A stretch of DNA of 64,000 nucleotides. Origin: the human T2T-CHM13v2.0 reference genome, Homo sapiens. The DNA is taken from the NCBI RefSeq assembly GCF_009914755.1, contig NC_060947.1; one strand, given 5' to 3'. Below the pieces are notes generated by a model. That model was not told the origin of the DNA. It made no database searches and saw only the letters and a list, made by a program, of their open reading frames with translations. The translations under genes were made by a program, and so were the position numbers. Positions 39,786-52,135 of the stretch are shown one piece after another (the stretch's first letter is position 1; each line of letters begins with the position of its first letter).

Positions 39786-41889
39786 CTTCCTGGGACCCAC
39801 CCTGTGCACAGTGCTGGGGGCAGGCAGGCTTCTCTCTGCTTGTTGGGAGCTCCCACTCTTTTACTTCCACCAAGCTCAGAGCACCCCAGAACCCACTGGC
39901 TTTCATACCAGTGGCTTTCAAACCAGAACCTTAGAAGCAGCCCAAGTACTCACAGCCCAATTCCAAGCTTCCACGTGCTAGCTTTTCTGCAGTAAATTCA
40001 CTGAACACCCTTGGCTGCTCTTCCTGACTTGAATCAGTGTATTTACATGGGGTCAGGACCATTCTTTGCTCTGTAACTGCATAAATATCCACTGAAAGAG
40101 TCTGTTTCATTGGCATTCACAGAGCTGGCAGGGATAAGGGAGCTGCCTCCAGGGAGCAGGAAAAGGCAGGGTTTTCAGCAGCTTCACTCCCTGGAGCCCC
40201 ACAGCTGCTCAGGTGGCCCTCACCCATGTGAGAAGGTGGGGGTTGTGGGAGGGAGAAGCAGCAGGTCCCTGGCACAACACAGGCAAACATACCTGGGAAG
40301 TTGGCACACCTGGCTTCTCGCCAGAGGAATCTGCTAGGACTGCAACCCCCTTATCTCCTTGTACCCTTTGATGGTTTGCTGGTTTGCAGAGCAGGGAGGC
40401 CTGGATTTCTACCTTCTCCCCACACTGGATTTTCTATAGGAAAGGTCCCTGTAGATAGTCCTTTAGGAGAGTTAGCATCTATGGCTCAAGAACCTAGGGC
40501 CAGCTTTCTCCCTTGGTGCCCTATATAATTGATTTTCTAGGCAAAGACTGCCCATTCAAAAGCATCCTCCTCCTGCACTGGGTTCTTCTCCCAAATGCTG
40601 GTTCTAAACACACTGGGTCCTTGCCATCTTGGAGTGACCAAACTGACACCATGGGGGCTCTTGTGTGCAAAGGGCCCATCCAAGTATCTTCTGTAACCTT
40701 CACAACCACCTGAGGAGGTAAGCAGAGATTGCCCCTATTTTATAGATCAAGAACCCCAGACCCACCTCAAGCCCTGCAATAAACGTCAGAGCTGACTTGA
40801 ACCCAGCCTCCCACCCCCTAAACCAAGGTTGATAAAATTCTCCCTAGGCCTAAGCTCTCTGGCTCCAGAGGTACATGACTCAGGGCTATGGTGTCTGTAA
40901 CTTAAAATACACTGGCACCTACAGTGGGACATTTTCTGTCTGACTTAGGTGAACCCCTAACCCAGTTAGCCACCATTCTGCTAGCAAGTGCACACCCCAT
41001 GGAGGGGAAGCTCAAGTTCTAATCTGGAAGCTCCCATCCTGAGGCTGCTACTGGAGTTCCAGTTATCTCTTCATCTCCATCAATACTCAAGAGCACCAGG
41101 AATGCTAGAAATGTGTGTTTTTTTTTTTAAGTGGTGAAATTGATGGCTTGCTCTTTAGCATGATGGCTATTTTTAAAAAGGGTAAAATTCATAATACTCA
41201 ATTTCAAGATATACGGATTGGCTGAAATATTTTAGAGGCAGGCTTCACGCTTGTGAGGACATGGTTGGAGAATCCAGGAAAGCCCATAGCTGGCACTTCC
41301 AGGGATGGCTCCCAATGGTTCTGATGCTTGCCACCTAACTGGTTCCATGCCTGGCAACTGGATTTTGGAGGATTTCCAGTTGCCTATGCCAAATAGACGG
41401 TAACAAAATTCTGCCTCGGAAATGTTGTCATATCTGCCTTGAATGGTCAGAGCAGCTGAGAGGACAAGCCGGCTGGGACTCCCTGAGCAGGCTCACGGGC
41501 TGTTCTGTGCCTGCCGGCTGCTTACACGTTAGACGATCAGTGTCTGTGTGGCGTGCCACACCATTTGCCCTGAGACTTGTCCTGTGGCTATCACAGTGTG
41601 ATTCAGAGTGTTCCCTGCGCAGGGGCCCTCCTCTTCTCCACTCTGACTCTCTTGCTGGCCTCCTTCCCCTTCCCTAGTTCCCCGCTCTAGGGCTTCGGCC
41701 TTGAGCTTGCCCTGAGGCAGCCCACAGACAGCCCTCAGGGCTGGAAAGACTCTGCTTTAGGGACAGGGATGATTAGTAGAAACCTCCTGTCCCTAAACAT
41801 TTAACACCTGGTTTCCCTCCTATGGGACCTTTTCAGTGTCTGAGCTGGCATTGACTGACATGCTGGAAAATTCTTTAAAATGTCCTTAA

Positions 41890-42600
41890 AAAACAACTAA
41901 GCAACCATATCTCATCCATTACAACAGCTAAACATTTAAAAGACTAGAAACACCAAAAGTTGGTGAGGCTATGGTGCAAGTGAAACGATTGTCCACCACT
42001 GGTCAATGGCACCACCACTTTGGAGAACTGTCTCACACCTTCTAGAAAAGTTCAGTAACTACCTGCCCTGTTGTCAGCCATTCCACTCCTGGGTATTCTC
42101 CCAAAAGAAATGAAAACCTATATTCATAAAAGACTTGTACTCAGATGTTCATTGCAGTCCTATTCATGAGAACCACAAAATGGAAGCAACCTAAATGTTG
42201 GTCAACAGGTAAATGCCACACCCAAACTGTGGAATACTACTCAGCAATAAAAAGCAATGCACTGCTGCTACAGGTAATGGCACAATTGCATCTCAAAACC
42301 ACCATGTTGAAGGAAGGAAGCCAGATACAAAAGTGCACATGCTGTAAGATTTCATTGACGCAAAGTCGAAAAACAGGCAAAAATACTTACAATGCTAGAA
42401 ATCAGAAAGTGGTTGCTCCAGGGAGGGAGGAGAGGGAATGAATTGGAAAGGAGCCTGAAGGGCCTTTTCTGGGGTGACAAGACTGTTTTATAGCCTCTTT
42501 CAGGTGGTTACAAAGGTGTGTACAAAATGTATCCATCTGACCACTTATGAATTTAGGTTAATTATCCCTTGATTCAAGAAAAGAGATATTAAAAATACTA
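41890..42600 (+). mobile_element. Old L1M (L1MC/ME-like) 3' fragment
   Basis: ccattccactcctgggtatt...aaagacttgtactcagatgttcattgcag...tggaatactactcagcaataaaaag. Confidence 0.75.
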
Positions 42601-43496
42601 TTGAATAACCACAGAAAGGAGAAAAACCCTCAGTGGTTCTGCATGTGTGCATTGTGGGTTTTCACCACTACTGAGCCCAGTGTGGAGAGGGGAGCTGCAG
42701 TGAAGACTGTTGGTTAGCTGGTGAGGACACTTCTCTGGGCACCTGCCAGGAGGCCCCTTACAAAGGAGGCAGCAACATCAGCCCCCAAACACAAACACTC
42801 AATGAAATAAAGCAACAGGGGCCCTGAGGAAGCTGGCTTGAGAGTGTGGGATAGATAGCAGGCTTTGAGCCAAAACCACTTTCCAAGAAATGCCAATGTT
42901 TTTGTATTTGGGAACGGAGAGGGAGTATTAAGGCAAGCAAGAGCCAAAATGTGTTGGTCTTTGGACAACAATTGTGCTCAACTGAGGGGGCCCTGTGGGA
43001 GAGACTTCAAAGTGCTGCTACTGAGACCTCCTCTGTGGGTCTCTGGGATGCGGCACCCATAAAAGCTCCGACTGAAGTGGAAAGTCAGAAGTTCCTTAAA
43101 GGCAAAGGCCTCCTATTTTGCATGCTGGAGAGGAATATTCTATTTCCCTAGTAAGAGGCTGGCCAAAGTCACACCCATACACCTTCAAATAGCCAGCAGA
43201 AGCTTGTGCTCTATGGCACAGGAATGAGCTTGTGAGTCAAGCCTGCACACATATCCTGGTTCTGACCTCTTAAGAACTGTGTGGCCTTGGGAAAGTGACT
43301 CGGCCTCTCTGAGCTGCAGTTTCCTTGCCTGCAAAATGGGGAAAATGACACCTACTACTGGCAAAGTAGAAACTGCCTGAAGCCTAGTGAATGCTGAACA
43401 CAGAATCATATTTGGGCTCCAAGGGTCTTTGCAGATTGTCTATGCCAACCTCTCAGCTGAAGAAGGAATCCTCTCCAGCCAAATCAGCATTCTTTT

Positions 43497-43673
43497 GTAA
43501 AAAAAAAAAAAAATAGAGACATTTAGAGACAGGGTCTGACTCTGTCACCCAGGCTGGAGGGCAGTGGGGCAATCATAGCTCACTGTAGCCTCCAACTCCT
43601 AGGCTCAAGAAATCCTCCCACCTTAGCCTCCCAAGTAGCTGGGACTATAGGCGTGAGCCACTGTGCCCAACCT
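43497..43673 (-). mobile_element. Alu right monomer (FRAM/FAM-like)
   Basis: gagacagggtctgactctgtcacccaggctgg...ccactgtgcccaacc; TSD aaatcagcattctttt / aaattagcattctttt. Confidence 0.8.
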
Positions 43674-43704
43674 TAAATTAGCATTCTTTTTTTCTTTTTA
43701 ATTT

Positions 43705-43782
43705 TTGGATCCGAAGTGTACCGAATTTGCATAATCATTATCCTTGGATCATGACAATGTTCTATACATGGTCCACTTTTTT
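43705..43782 (-). pseudogene. Possible highly degraded U6 snRNA fragment
   Basis: cgaatttgc, atccttg and catg..aat.ttct.t..at.g.tcca.tttt occur in the order of the U6 reverse complement. Confidence 0.35.
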
Positions 43783-44147
43783 GGTTTTATTCTAAAAATT
43801 GTTTCTTTTTAATATTATCCAATTTAAAATAATAAAATAAACGTGTGAACTGTCCCCCGACTCAACAACATGTAGGTCTGTCGCTGGACTTTCCAGTCTA
43901 TTTCATCAGTCCCTCTGTCCACCCCTGTGCCAGCACCATGTTGTCTTCTTATACTTTCTGATGGTGCTAGGCACTAAGAAGAAAGTCAATCAGAGTAAGT
44001 GGACTGAGAGTGACAGGGAGCAGGGTGTGGGGAAGGGCCTGCTTTGAAGAGGGTGATCAGGGAAGGCCTCTTGTTGAGCAAAGATCTGAAAAAGGAAAGG
44101 AGACACCATGGCATCATGGCAAAATGACATTCCAGCACTCTAAGGAG

Positions 44148-44208
44148 GTGTGTGTGTGTGTTTGTGTGTGTGTGTAAGAGAGAGAGAGAGAGACCGCGAG
44201 AGAGAGAG
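44148..44208. repeat. Compound (TG)n-(AG)n microsatellite
   Basis: Seen directly. Confidence 0.9.
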
Positions 44209-45714
44209 GTTGGAGAAGGGGAGGAGAGGAGCTAACAAATTTCAGAGTGGTAGGAAAGAAAGGCAGGGGATAGATGACATATGGCTTTCTAATTTCCATT
44301 TTTACAAAGACTAGTACAACTCATTTTGTAGCTGGGGAAACAAAGGCTCAGAAAAGGTGACTTGGCCTAGGCCACGCATCTAGGTAGGGGCAGGGTTACG
44401 GTTAGAATTCAAGGCTCTGTGCACCTTTGTGTTGACCCTCTGGGCCCTCAAATGATTTTCATTCCACAAAATGCCTCCAAGCAGCTTTCAGGTAATGAAG
44501 TGACAAACAGTATATTGAAATAGTGTTCTTCCAAGCAGAAGATCTTTACCATGCAAAAGATTATTTGAAGACTAATTAGGATTCTGAAATTCTTTAATGG
44601 CTAATTCCTTAGGGCCATGTCAAAAATCCATGTGAATATTTCCAAATTATTTTCTTATCATAGGCAATATTAATTCTCTAGAGAAAAACCAAACACATGC
44701 TAGTGACATTCTTAGAAATCTGAGTTGGGTGTTATGATCATACAAGCACAAGCAAGAGTTTGTCTTAATAACTGAGAAATATACGATTAATAATTTTACA
44801 TTTATTTTAATACCATTCCTTCAGTTCAATAGATGACAAGAATTCTTATTCCTAATATTGTGGATGTAAATATTAACGTCGGGGTTTAAAGGTTCACTTA
44901 CCCCCTCTCTTTTGAAACTCTGAGCTGGGTACAAGATAAAAACAGGAGAGAGACCCGTGACTAAAGACATTTGAGTAAGTCTGACCTGCATTCCCTATTA
45001 AACCTTCAGGGTAAATGGATTTCTCAAATCTGTTTTCTTCTTTGGGCAGCTAATCCCTTCCTTCCAGGAGATTTCAGCCCCTCCACTCTCTGCCTCGTCT
45101 ATGGCAACAGCCCCATGTGCTGTTTCCATCTTGCATCCCCACATTAGGCTCTGATACAACTGCAGAAATTATGACTCAAGAGATCACAATTACTGACTTC
45201 CGAGAGCCTCTGATTTCTCCCAGAAGAATGAGCAGAGGAGAAGTTCTAGGTACTTTCAAAGACAGATGAATTCAGGCTGTTTCTGAATCATGGCTAGGCT
45301 TTTCTCAGTCTCTCCTTTTTCTTATGAGGACAATTCTAAAAGTATGCAGATGTGAGAGTGCTAACTGCAGAGGGTCCTGCCTGCCCTTGGCACAGGTAAG
45401 AACCGTCTACTTTTAGTTACTTATGTCTCCACAAGATCAAGACAACTTGGTCCAATGGATGCAACGAAAGTGACTCAAGCTGTTGAATGATTCTCTTCCT
45501 AAGCTCTCTGTCCTAAGCCACTCTGCCACTGTGAGAGCATAGGGATGCTGATAGATCTCATAGGTGTACACTCACTCGTCCCCTGAAGTTCTGTTTTGAG
45601 AAAGAAAATACAATGCAAAGGCATAATAAATCCAAGAGAAGTCCTTCCGACTTGTAGAGAAGAGGCCTCACTTAAATGAAATGAGATGTAGATGCCCAAC
45701 TCAGCCACTGACTG

Positions 45715-45905
45715 GCTGTGTGAACACTGACAAACTCCTTTAGCCTCTCTATGCCTCAGTTTCCTCATCTGTAAAATGGGAGTGATGACAGTGTATATGC
45801 CGCAGGGTTGTTAAGAAGGGTAGGTGAGTTCACATGTGCAAGATGCTTGAAACAGTTCCTGGCACATGGTAAATACTCAGTAGGGGTTAGCTATTGTTAT
45901 TATAA
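45715..45905 (+). mobile_element. MIR
   Basis: tgcctcagtttcctcatctgtaaaatgggag...aacagttcctggcacatggtaaatactcagta. Confidence 0.8.
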
Positions 45906-48489
45906 CAAAAGATAGGGAGCCAAATGAGCTTCACTGTGGAATCCTAAATAAATAAGGCGAGGATTATATTTGAAACTATAAATAAACAATACATAAGATG
46001 AAAAGAGGGATGGTTTTTCTTCTCAGCAGCTTTTCCATGGCAATGGTCAGTCTATTCAAACATAAGCCTGGCATGGTGCTGGCCTCCCATGGCCCACAGT
46101 AGGCAAGATGTGCGGTGGAACAGTAACTATCATCAAGTCTAAAGTGACAAGTGTAAGGTCAAGAGCAGAGGTGGTGGGGACCTGATGCAGGATTTTCATC
46201 AGGCTAGACTCTCTAGGATAAAGGGTGGAGAGGGACAATCAACTCTAGCTGCACAAGAGACTTTGATCAGGTAGCTTTGAAAGACCCAGATAAGTCTACA
46301 GCCATACCACCCTGAACCCACCAAATCTCGTTTGAACGACCCAGATTCCCAGGCCACACCCAAGGCCAGTGAAATCAAAATCATCCATGGTTGGGCCTGG
46401 GCATCAGGATTTGTTTAGAGCTCCCCAGGTGGTTCTGATGTGCAGCCAGGGGTGAGCAACCCTCCTCCCAAGTCTGGATCCCCGTTCACCACTACGTAAA
46501 TGGATAGCTTATCCTGGCCAGTCTTCAGGAGGCCCAGACACAATCTCAATTCTCTTCAAAGAGACAAAGAGAAAACCCACCAAGCCCCACCCAGGGCAGG
46601 AATCAATTAATATTTGTTTACAGGTCCACAGTGCCTGGTATACAGTCTTGGTGCTGAATCAATAAGTGAATGAATAGATGAATAAATAGATAAACGAATG
46701 AATGAACGAACGAAGAAACAAACGAATACAGCTGCATAGCAAATGTCTGCAAATAAGGAAGTAAATTGGTTAAAAACTTTCTAGAGGGCAATTTAAAATC
46801 ATTCATATCCACTGACCTAGAAAATCTACTTTTTGGAATCACCTCAAGGAAATGCAGGCCCTAGCTGGATTTTCTCCCAAGTGCCTGCAGCGCTGATTAA
46901 AGGGAGATCCAAGGGCTATAGAAGTGAAGAGTAGACACTCTAGGGCAATGGTGCTCTTGCAATCCCATTTCCACGGGGAGGCGAGAGAGGGGCACCCTCA
47001 GACAAGGACCATACCTTTTTCTTTCATTAGGATTTGGGATTTGCACAGACTTTCAGTTAAGAACTCAGTGCAGACTCCAGAATTCAGTGGCCTAAGCATG
47101 AAAGAGACTCTTCTAGGTAGGAGAAAGCTGACAGGAAAGTCCTGCCAGCCAGTCAGTTAGGCCTTTAAAAAAAATCACAGTAAGGCAGAGTCCAATGTCT
47201 GATTTTGAGCAGAGCAGCCCCCCTAGGATGAGTTAACTGCAAAATGTGCCCCTGTGTGGTTAATTATGTGACCCAATCTTGCCAGCTGGTATGAACAAAG
47301 GTGTCAGCAATTTGAAGCCTTGTCCAACACTGCAGATGGTTATTAACTTGGGGAAGTTAGGAACCTTCCCTTTCTGCAAATGGGATGGATTTACCTTTGA
47401 GTCCATCTTGAAGGCATTACACATTAGAGGGAATCCATTCATCAAGACTCAGGGCTTGCTCCTCAAGAGAGGAAGAACAGCCTGCATCTACCGTGCAGGT
47501 GATGAAGGGCTTTCTCCACTGTGTCTGCAACAGCATTATAATGGTGGGGCTTTGAATCAGGGGCTGGAATCAACAGGAACAGAATTTTGCAAATATGCCT
47601 TTGACAGTCAAACCATCCCATCTGAAGCTATTAAATGTGCTTGTATGTGTATGTACTTCTTGGTACTTAAGAGAAAATAGAATCATCATTCCCTGGGCAA
47701 GACCACTTATAAGAAATTTGGTCCAGAAAAAATATTATTCTTGTGTTACAAAATCAAAGCAGTGGGGGGAAAAAAATCAAAGGAAACGATCACTCAGGAA
47801 AAATGGCCCGGTTCCAAAATGCTGCGGGAGACCGCATAAAAAGCACAGTAATATTTAAGCTTGTGCTAAACAGATTTTTTCTATGGTCACTTTTTACCAA
47901 GTGTAAGTTTCTATATGCTCTGTCAAATGCCTCTTTAAGGATTTATTCTGAGGGATTTTCTGCCATTCTTGGGCTTAAAAGTTCAGGCAAGGTTAAGGGG
48001 CTGGATGGACTTTGGAAGTGAAAAGCCACATAGGGGACAACCATGAGAACATGGCACTGAGAAGGCTGAGGTCAACCCTCTGTGCCCTGCCTGGCCCATT
48101 TATAAAGGGCCTAGATAGTTCTCCTGAGTCACAGGCAGCCCTTGGCCTCAGCCAGCCATTCTGCAATGAACATGGGTCATGAATGTCACAGAGTTCCAGG
48201 GGCTGTGCATGTGTGGCTGGGCTGGTACTGTCCCACACTGGGAAATCATCAAGGGGGTTGATGGTGGGCAGGTAGTGATGTCTTAGATACCAAGGATGAC
48301 ATCACCACTACAAACATCATTGTGACCATTACAGTAAGTCTTACTGAAGAAAGAATAAAACCAAGTAATTCCCTGAAAACTGACCAAAGCAGTATTAAGA
48401 AATGTTATTGAATTATTGATCCCTTCAAATACAAGTGCCTATTCCTTGGTGAAACCATATGTTCTAAAACCAAAAGGCAAAGAGAACAG

Positions 48490-49110
48490 CTGCCCTCTAC
48501 TTCTCCACAGAGGTCACGTTGACCTCCATGTGGCCAGATCCACTGAGAGATTCTCTTGGCCCTCATCTTACTCATCTCAGCAGTGTTTGACACAGTGACT
48601 ATTCCCTCCTTCTTTTAAAACATAAATCAAATAGTTTTATTTGTCTGCATAAAACTCTCCAAGGCATCTCATTGTACTTTAAAATAAAAGCCAAGCCCTA
48701 CAAAGCCCTATCTGATCTGGCCCCACTTTAACCCATTCCAAGAAGGTACCAAACTCTTTCCTGCCTCAGGGCCTTTGTACTGGCCATTTCCTTGGCTTGG
48801 AATGCCCTTCTCACAACTGGTTCCTTCTCAGCTAAGTCTCAAATCAGAACAGCCTTCTTAGATAGAGAAGGTTCTATGACCATTTGGAACAGTCACCACC
48901 TCCATCCCAGTTTTCCTCTCTCATATCAGTCTCGGTGTGTCTTTCCTTCAGCACCTATCACATTTGCAAGCTATCTTTTTTTTTCCTTTGTTTTCTGTTT
49001 ATAGTCTGTCTCTTCTACTTAACCTGGAATGTTGGGTCTCTAGGAGCAGAGACCTCACCCAGCACCCAGAATAATACCTGGTTCATAGACAATGCTCAAT
49101 GAATATTTAT
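48490..49110 (+). mobile_element. L2 fragments
   Basis: gacctccatgtggccagatcc...ctcatcttact...tctcagcag; cctgcctcagggcctttgtac; 3' end tgctcaatgaatatttatt. Confidence 0.65.
48511..48525. promoter_or_regulatory. Perfect consensus estrogen response element (IR3)
   Basis: AGGTCA cgt TGACCT; motif certain, function untested. Confidence 0.55.
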
Positions 49111-49243
49111 TTGGAGGGAGGAAGGAAGGGAGGGAGGGAGCAAGAGAGTGAAGGAGGGAGGACAATGTTCCCAACTAGTGTGTCCAAAGACTGATATACC
49201 TCAAATTCATTACAGAGGTGCTACCAAATATTGAATAGTGAAT

Positions 49244-49592
49244 TGATATGGTTTGGCTCTGTGTCCCCACCCAAATCTCATTTAGAATTGTAATCCCCAC
49301 ATGTCAAGGGAGGGACCTGGTGGGAAGTGCTTGGGTCACGGGGCTGGTTTCCGTGATAGTGAGTGAGTTCTCACAAGATCTGATGGTTTAAAATTGTGAC
49401 ACTTCCCCCCTCATGCTCTCTCTTTCCTGCCATGTAAGATGTGCCTTGCTTCCCCCTTGCCTTCCACCATAATTGTAAGTTTCCTGAGACCTCCCCAGTC
49501 ATGTGGAACTGTGAGTCAATGAAATCTCTTTCCTTTATAAATTACCCAGTCTCGAGTAGTTCTTTATAGCAATGTGAAAACAAACTAATGCA
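49244..49592 (+). mobile_element. MSTA/THE1-type MaLR solo LTR
   Basis: tgatatggtttggctctgtgtccccacccaaatctc...aattacccagtctcg...aaactaatgca. Confidence 0.88.
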
Positions 49593-50547
49593 TAGATTCC
49601 ATTTATTTTGGCTACAGCTGAAGATATAGAGAGTTGAGTCATTGTCACATGGAATGTTCAGTTGATGCAGAGTAAAGCAGCATTTGACTTATGATGAGTA
49701 AGAGGCACTGCATTGGGGAGCTAAGGCCAGATGGCCTGCCCACTGGGATATGGAGAACTTGACTTTGAGACTACATAGAAGAGCATGGCCAGGGCAGTGG
49801 GCTCTGCTTCTACAGCAGCCCTTAGTGCAGAGAGGGAGGGAGTAAACTCTGTGATCCCCTTGCAGGCCACACAGAATCATGGCTCAGAACCCCGCCCAAG
49901 TTACTGTTGGCCCATAACCAAACTCTGAGTTCCAGGAGGGTAGGGGTGGGGCCTTGTTCGACAACCAATAAACATTTGTTGAGTGGCTGTATTTAACAGA
50001 ACTTCTTCACAATACTATTTATGTTTTATTTACAATACACTTTTATACACAGTGCTTACTGTGTATACACAGTGCCAGGTACTCTTCTAAATGTTTACAA
50101 ATATTCAAGCCTCACAAACACCCCCAAAAGAGAGATGCTGTTATTATTACTACTTTAAAGATGCAGAAACTGAGGCATGCAAAGAACAGGGAACTTGCTA
50201 CTCAGTTGCAGAGCTGGAACGTGAACTTATTGTAGCCTTGGCTCCAGAATCTATGCTCTTAACCACCAGCCCAAGCTATCAAGAGTGTCTACTGCCACAG
50301 CACCAGCACCATGTACCAAGAACAGGTGGGTGGGATGGCAGCATGGGAAAAGGGTGAATGGGGCAAGTGGGTATTTACCCTTTAAGAGATCGCTGGGTTA
50401 AGTCTCACATACTTCATATACCACTTTTTGGTGCCACCTCTGCAGGCTGAGGGAAGGTGGGGAGGTTGAAGCTTGGGGGTCCATTTCCAACCCAGTATCC
50501 CTACCCCTGCAGGAGATCTCTTTTTCCCTTCATGTTTCTACTATAGT

Positions 50548-50785
50548 TCTAGGCCAGCAATTCTAAACCTGGTACAATTCTGTCCCTGTTGCCAAGAGGA
50601 CATTTGGCAATGTATAGGGACATTTTTGGTTGTCCCTAACTTGTGGGAGGTGGGGAGGTTCTACTGGTACTGAGTGGGTAGAGGTCATGGATGCTGCTAA
50701 ACATCCTACAAGCCATGGGACAGGCCCCCGCAGCACAAAATAATCTGGTCCCAAATGGTAGTAGTGCTACGGGTGGGTCACCCTG
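50548..50785. mobile_element. MER20
   Basis: ggacatttggcaatg...acatttttggttgtc...gagtgggtagaggtcatggatgctgctaaacatcctaca. Confidence 0.75.
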
Positions 50786-51956
50786 GTCTTGGTCCAGAGA
50801 CTACCTATCAGAAAATTAATAAGAAAGGTGGTAAGGCCATCAAAGGCAGGCCCATCTGTGAATCACCGAGAAATGCCAGCTGCTCCACTACAAAATCTGC
50901 AGGGAAGAGGCAAAGACCTTCCTGCTTGCCTCCCTCTCTCTCCTGATTCCTGGAACCACAGCCTCTCCCTCCTGCCGAGAAGCTAAGAACAGCTCTGGCC
51001 CACATGGCACATAACAGAGGTTGCTAATACCCGCTTCCTTTGGCAGCTTCTTAATGCTCTTGGCTTGGCATTTGGTATTCCTCAAGCCCTTTTGCCTAAT
51101 TACATTCTAGAGATGAAGGGAAACCTATGTATAATTCAAAAATGAATGGCCCTACCTTTGATTCCTCTAAAACATGCCAAATCAGAGTAGAACTGTGCTA
51201 CTCCTCCAAATAGATTATGGGGATCTCTGGAGAAGTAAGCGGACCTTGATGAGCCCAAGCTGGACCCCAGGGCAGAGCACAAGAGAATTTAGAATGCTCT
51301 TTATGGATGATAAAATGAAGAAAACTCAGGATCAGATTTAGGATGGGAGCGAGTGGGGGAATTACGTGGTATGGTAAACCCAGAAGGCCCAGGCTTGATT
51401 GCTGGCTCTGTCCCTGAGCTCTGTGGCCTGGGATTATCACTCCGCTTTTCCCATGTGTAAAACGGGGTTTGAGACACCCCCATAAAGATACTGGGAGGGT
51501 TGGTGGGGGAGGCCGTCAAGGGCCTCACACTGCATGTGGCTTAGAGTAGAGCCTTATCAAATTTTTGTTTGTTCACTTGCCAATGTTCACCCTTTTATTC
51601 ACTTATCACCATTTATCCTTTTAACCATCTCGACACCCGAGGGATCCAAAAGCTATTTATGCCTCTAGCTCACCAACTCAGGAGCAGTAGAATGTCCTGA
51701 GCACTCAGTAGAATAATAATGAACAAAAATAAACCTGAGGAGCACTGGATGTGACTTGATTTGCAGTCATTTCAAGGAATCATAGAGTTGATTGGATTTT
51801 AAAATTGGGCTTCAGCTAATGAATACATGTGCAATCCAGAGTCAAAGGCATGTGCTGAGATGTGATTTCATGGCCATCTGTATGGAAAAAAAAAAAAAAA
51901 AAAAAAAGGTCTGTAATGGTGTGGATAGGATGCTGTCCAGAGAAATGGATTAGGCT

Positions 51957-52135
51957 AGCAGTTCTCAAAACAGGGCTAATGATTGAAATCACCTGGGGAT
52001 CCCTCTGAGCTCACAGATTCTCCATCTGACTCCCAAGAGCCCAACCTCATGCATCTAATGGGGTCCAGAAATGTACAAGTTCTAAACTCTCCCCAGGTGA
52101 TTCTAAGGTCAGCTGGATTTAGGAACCTCTTGACA
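51957..52135. mobile_element. MER5-type remnant
   Basis: gcagttctcaaa...aatcacctgggga...ctccccaggtgattctaag. Confidence 0.55.
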
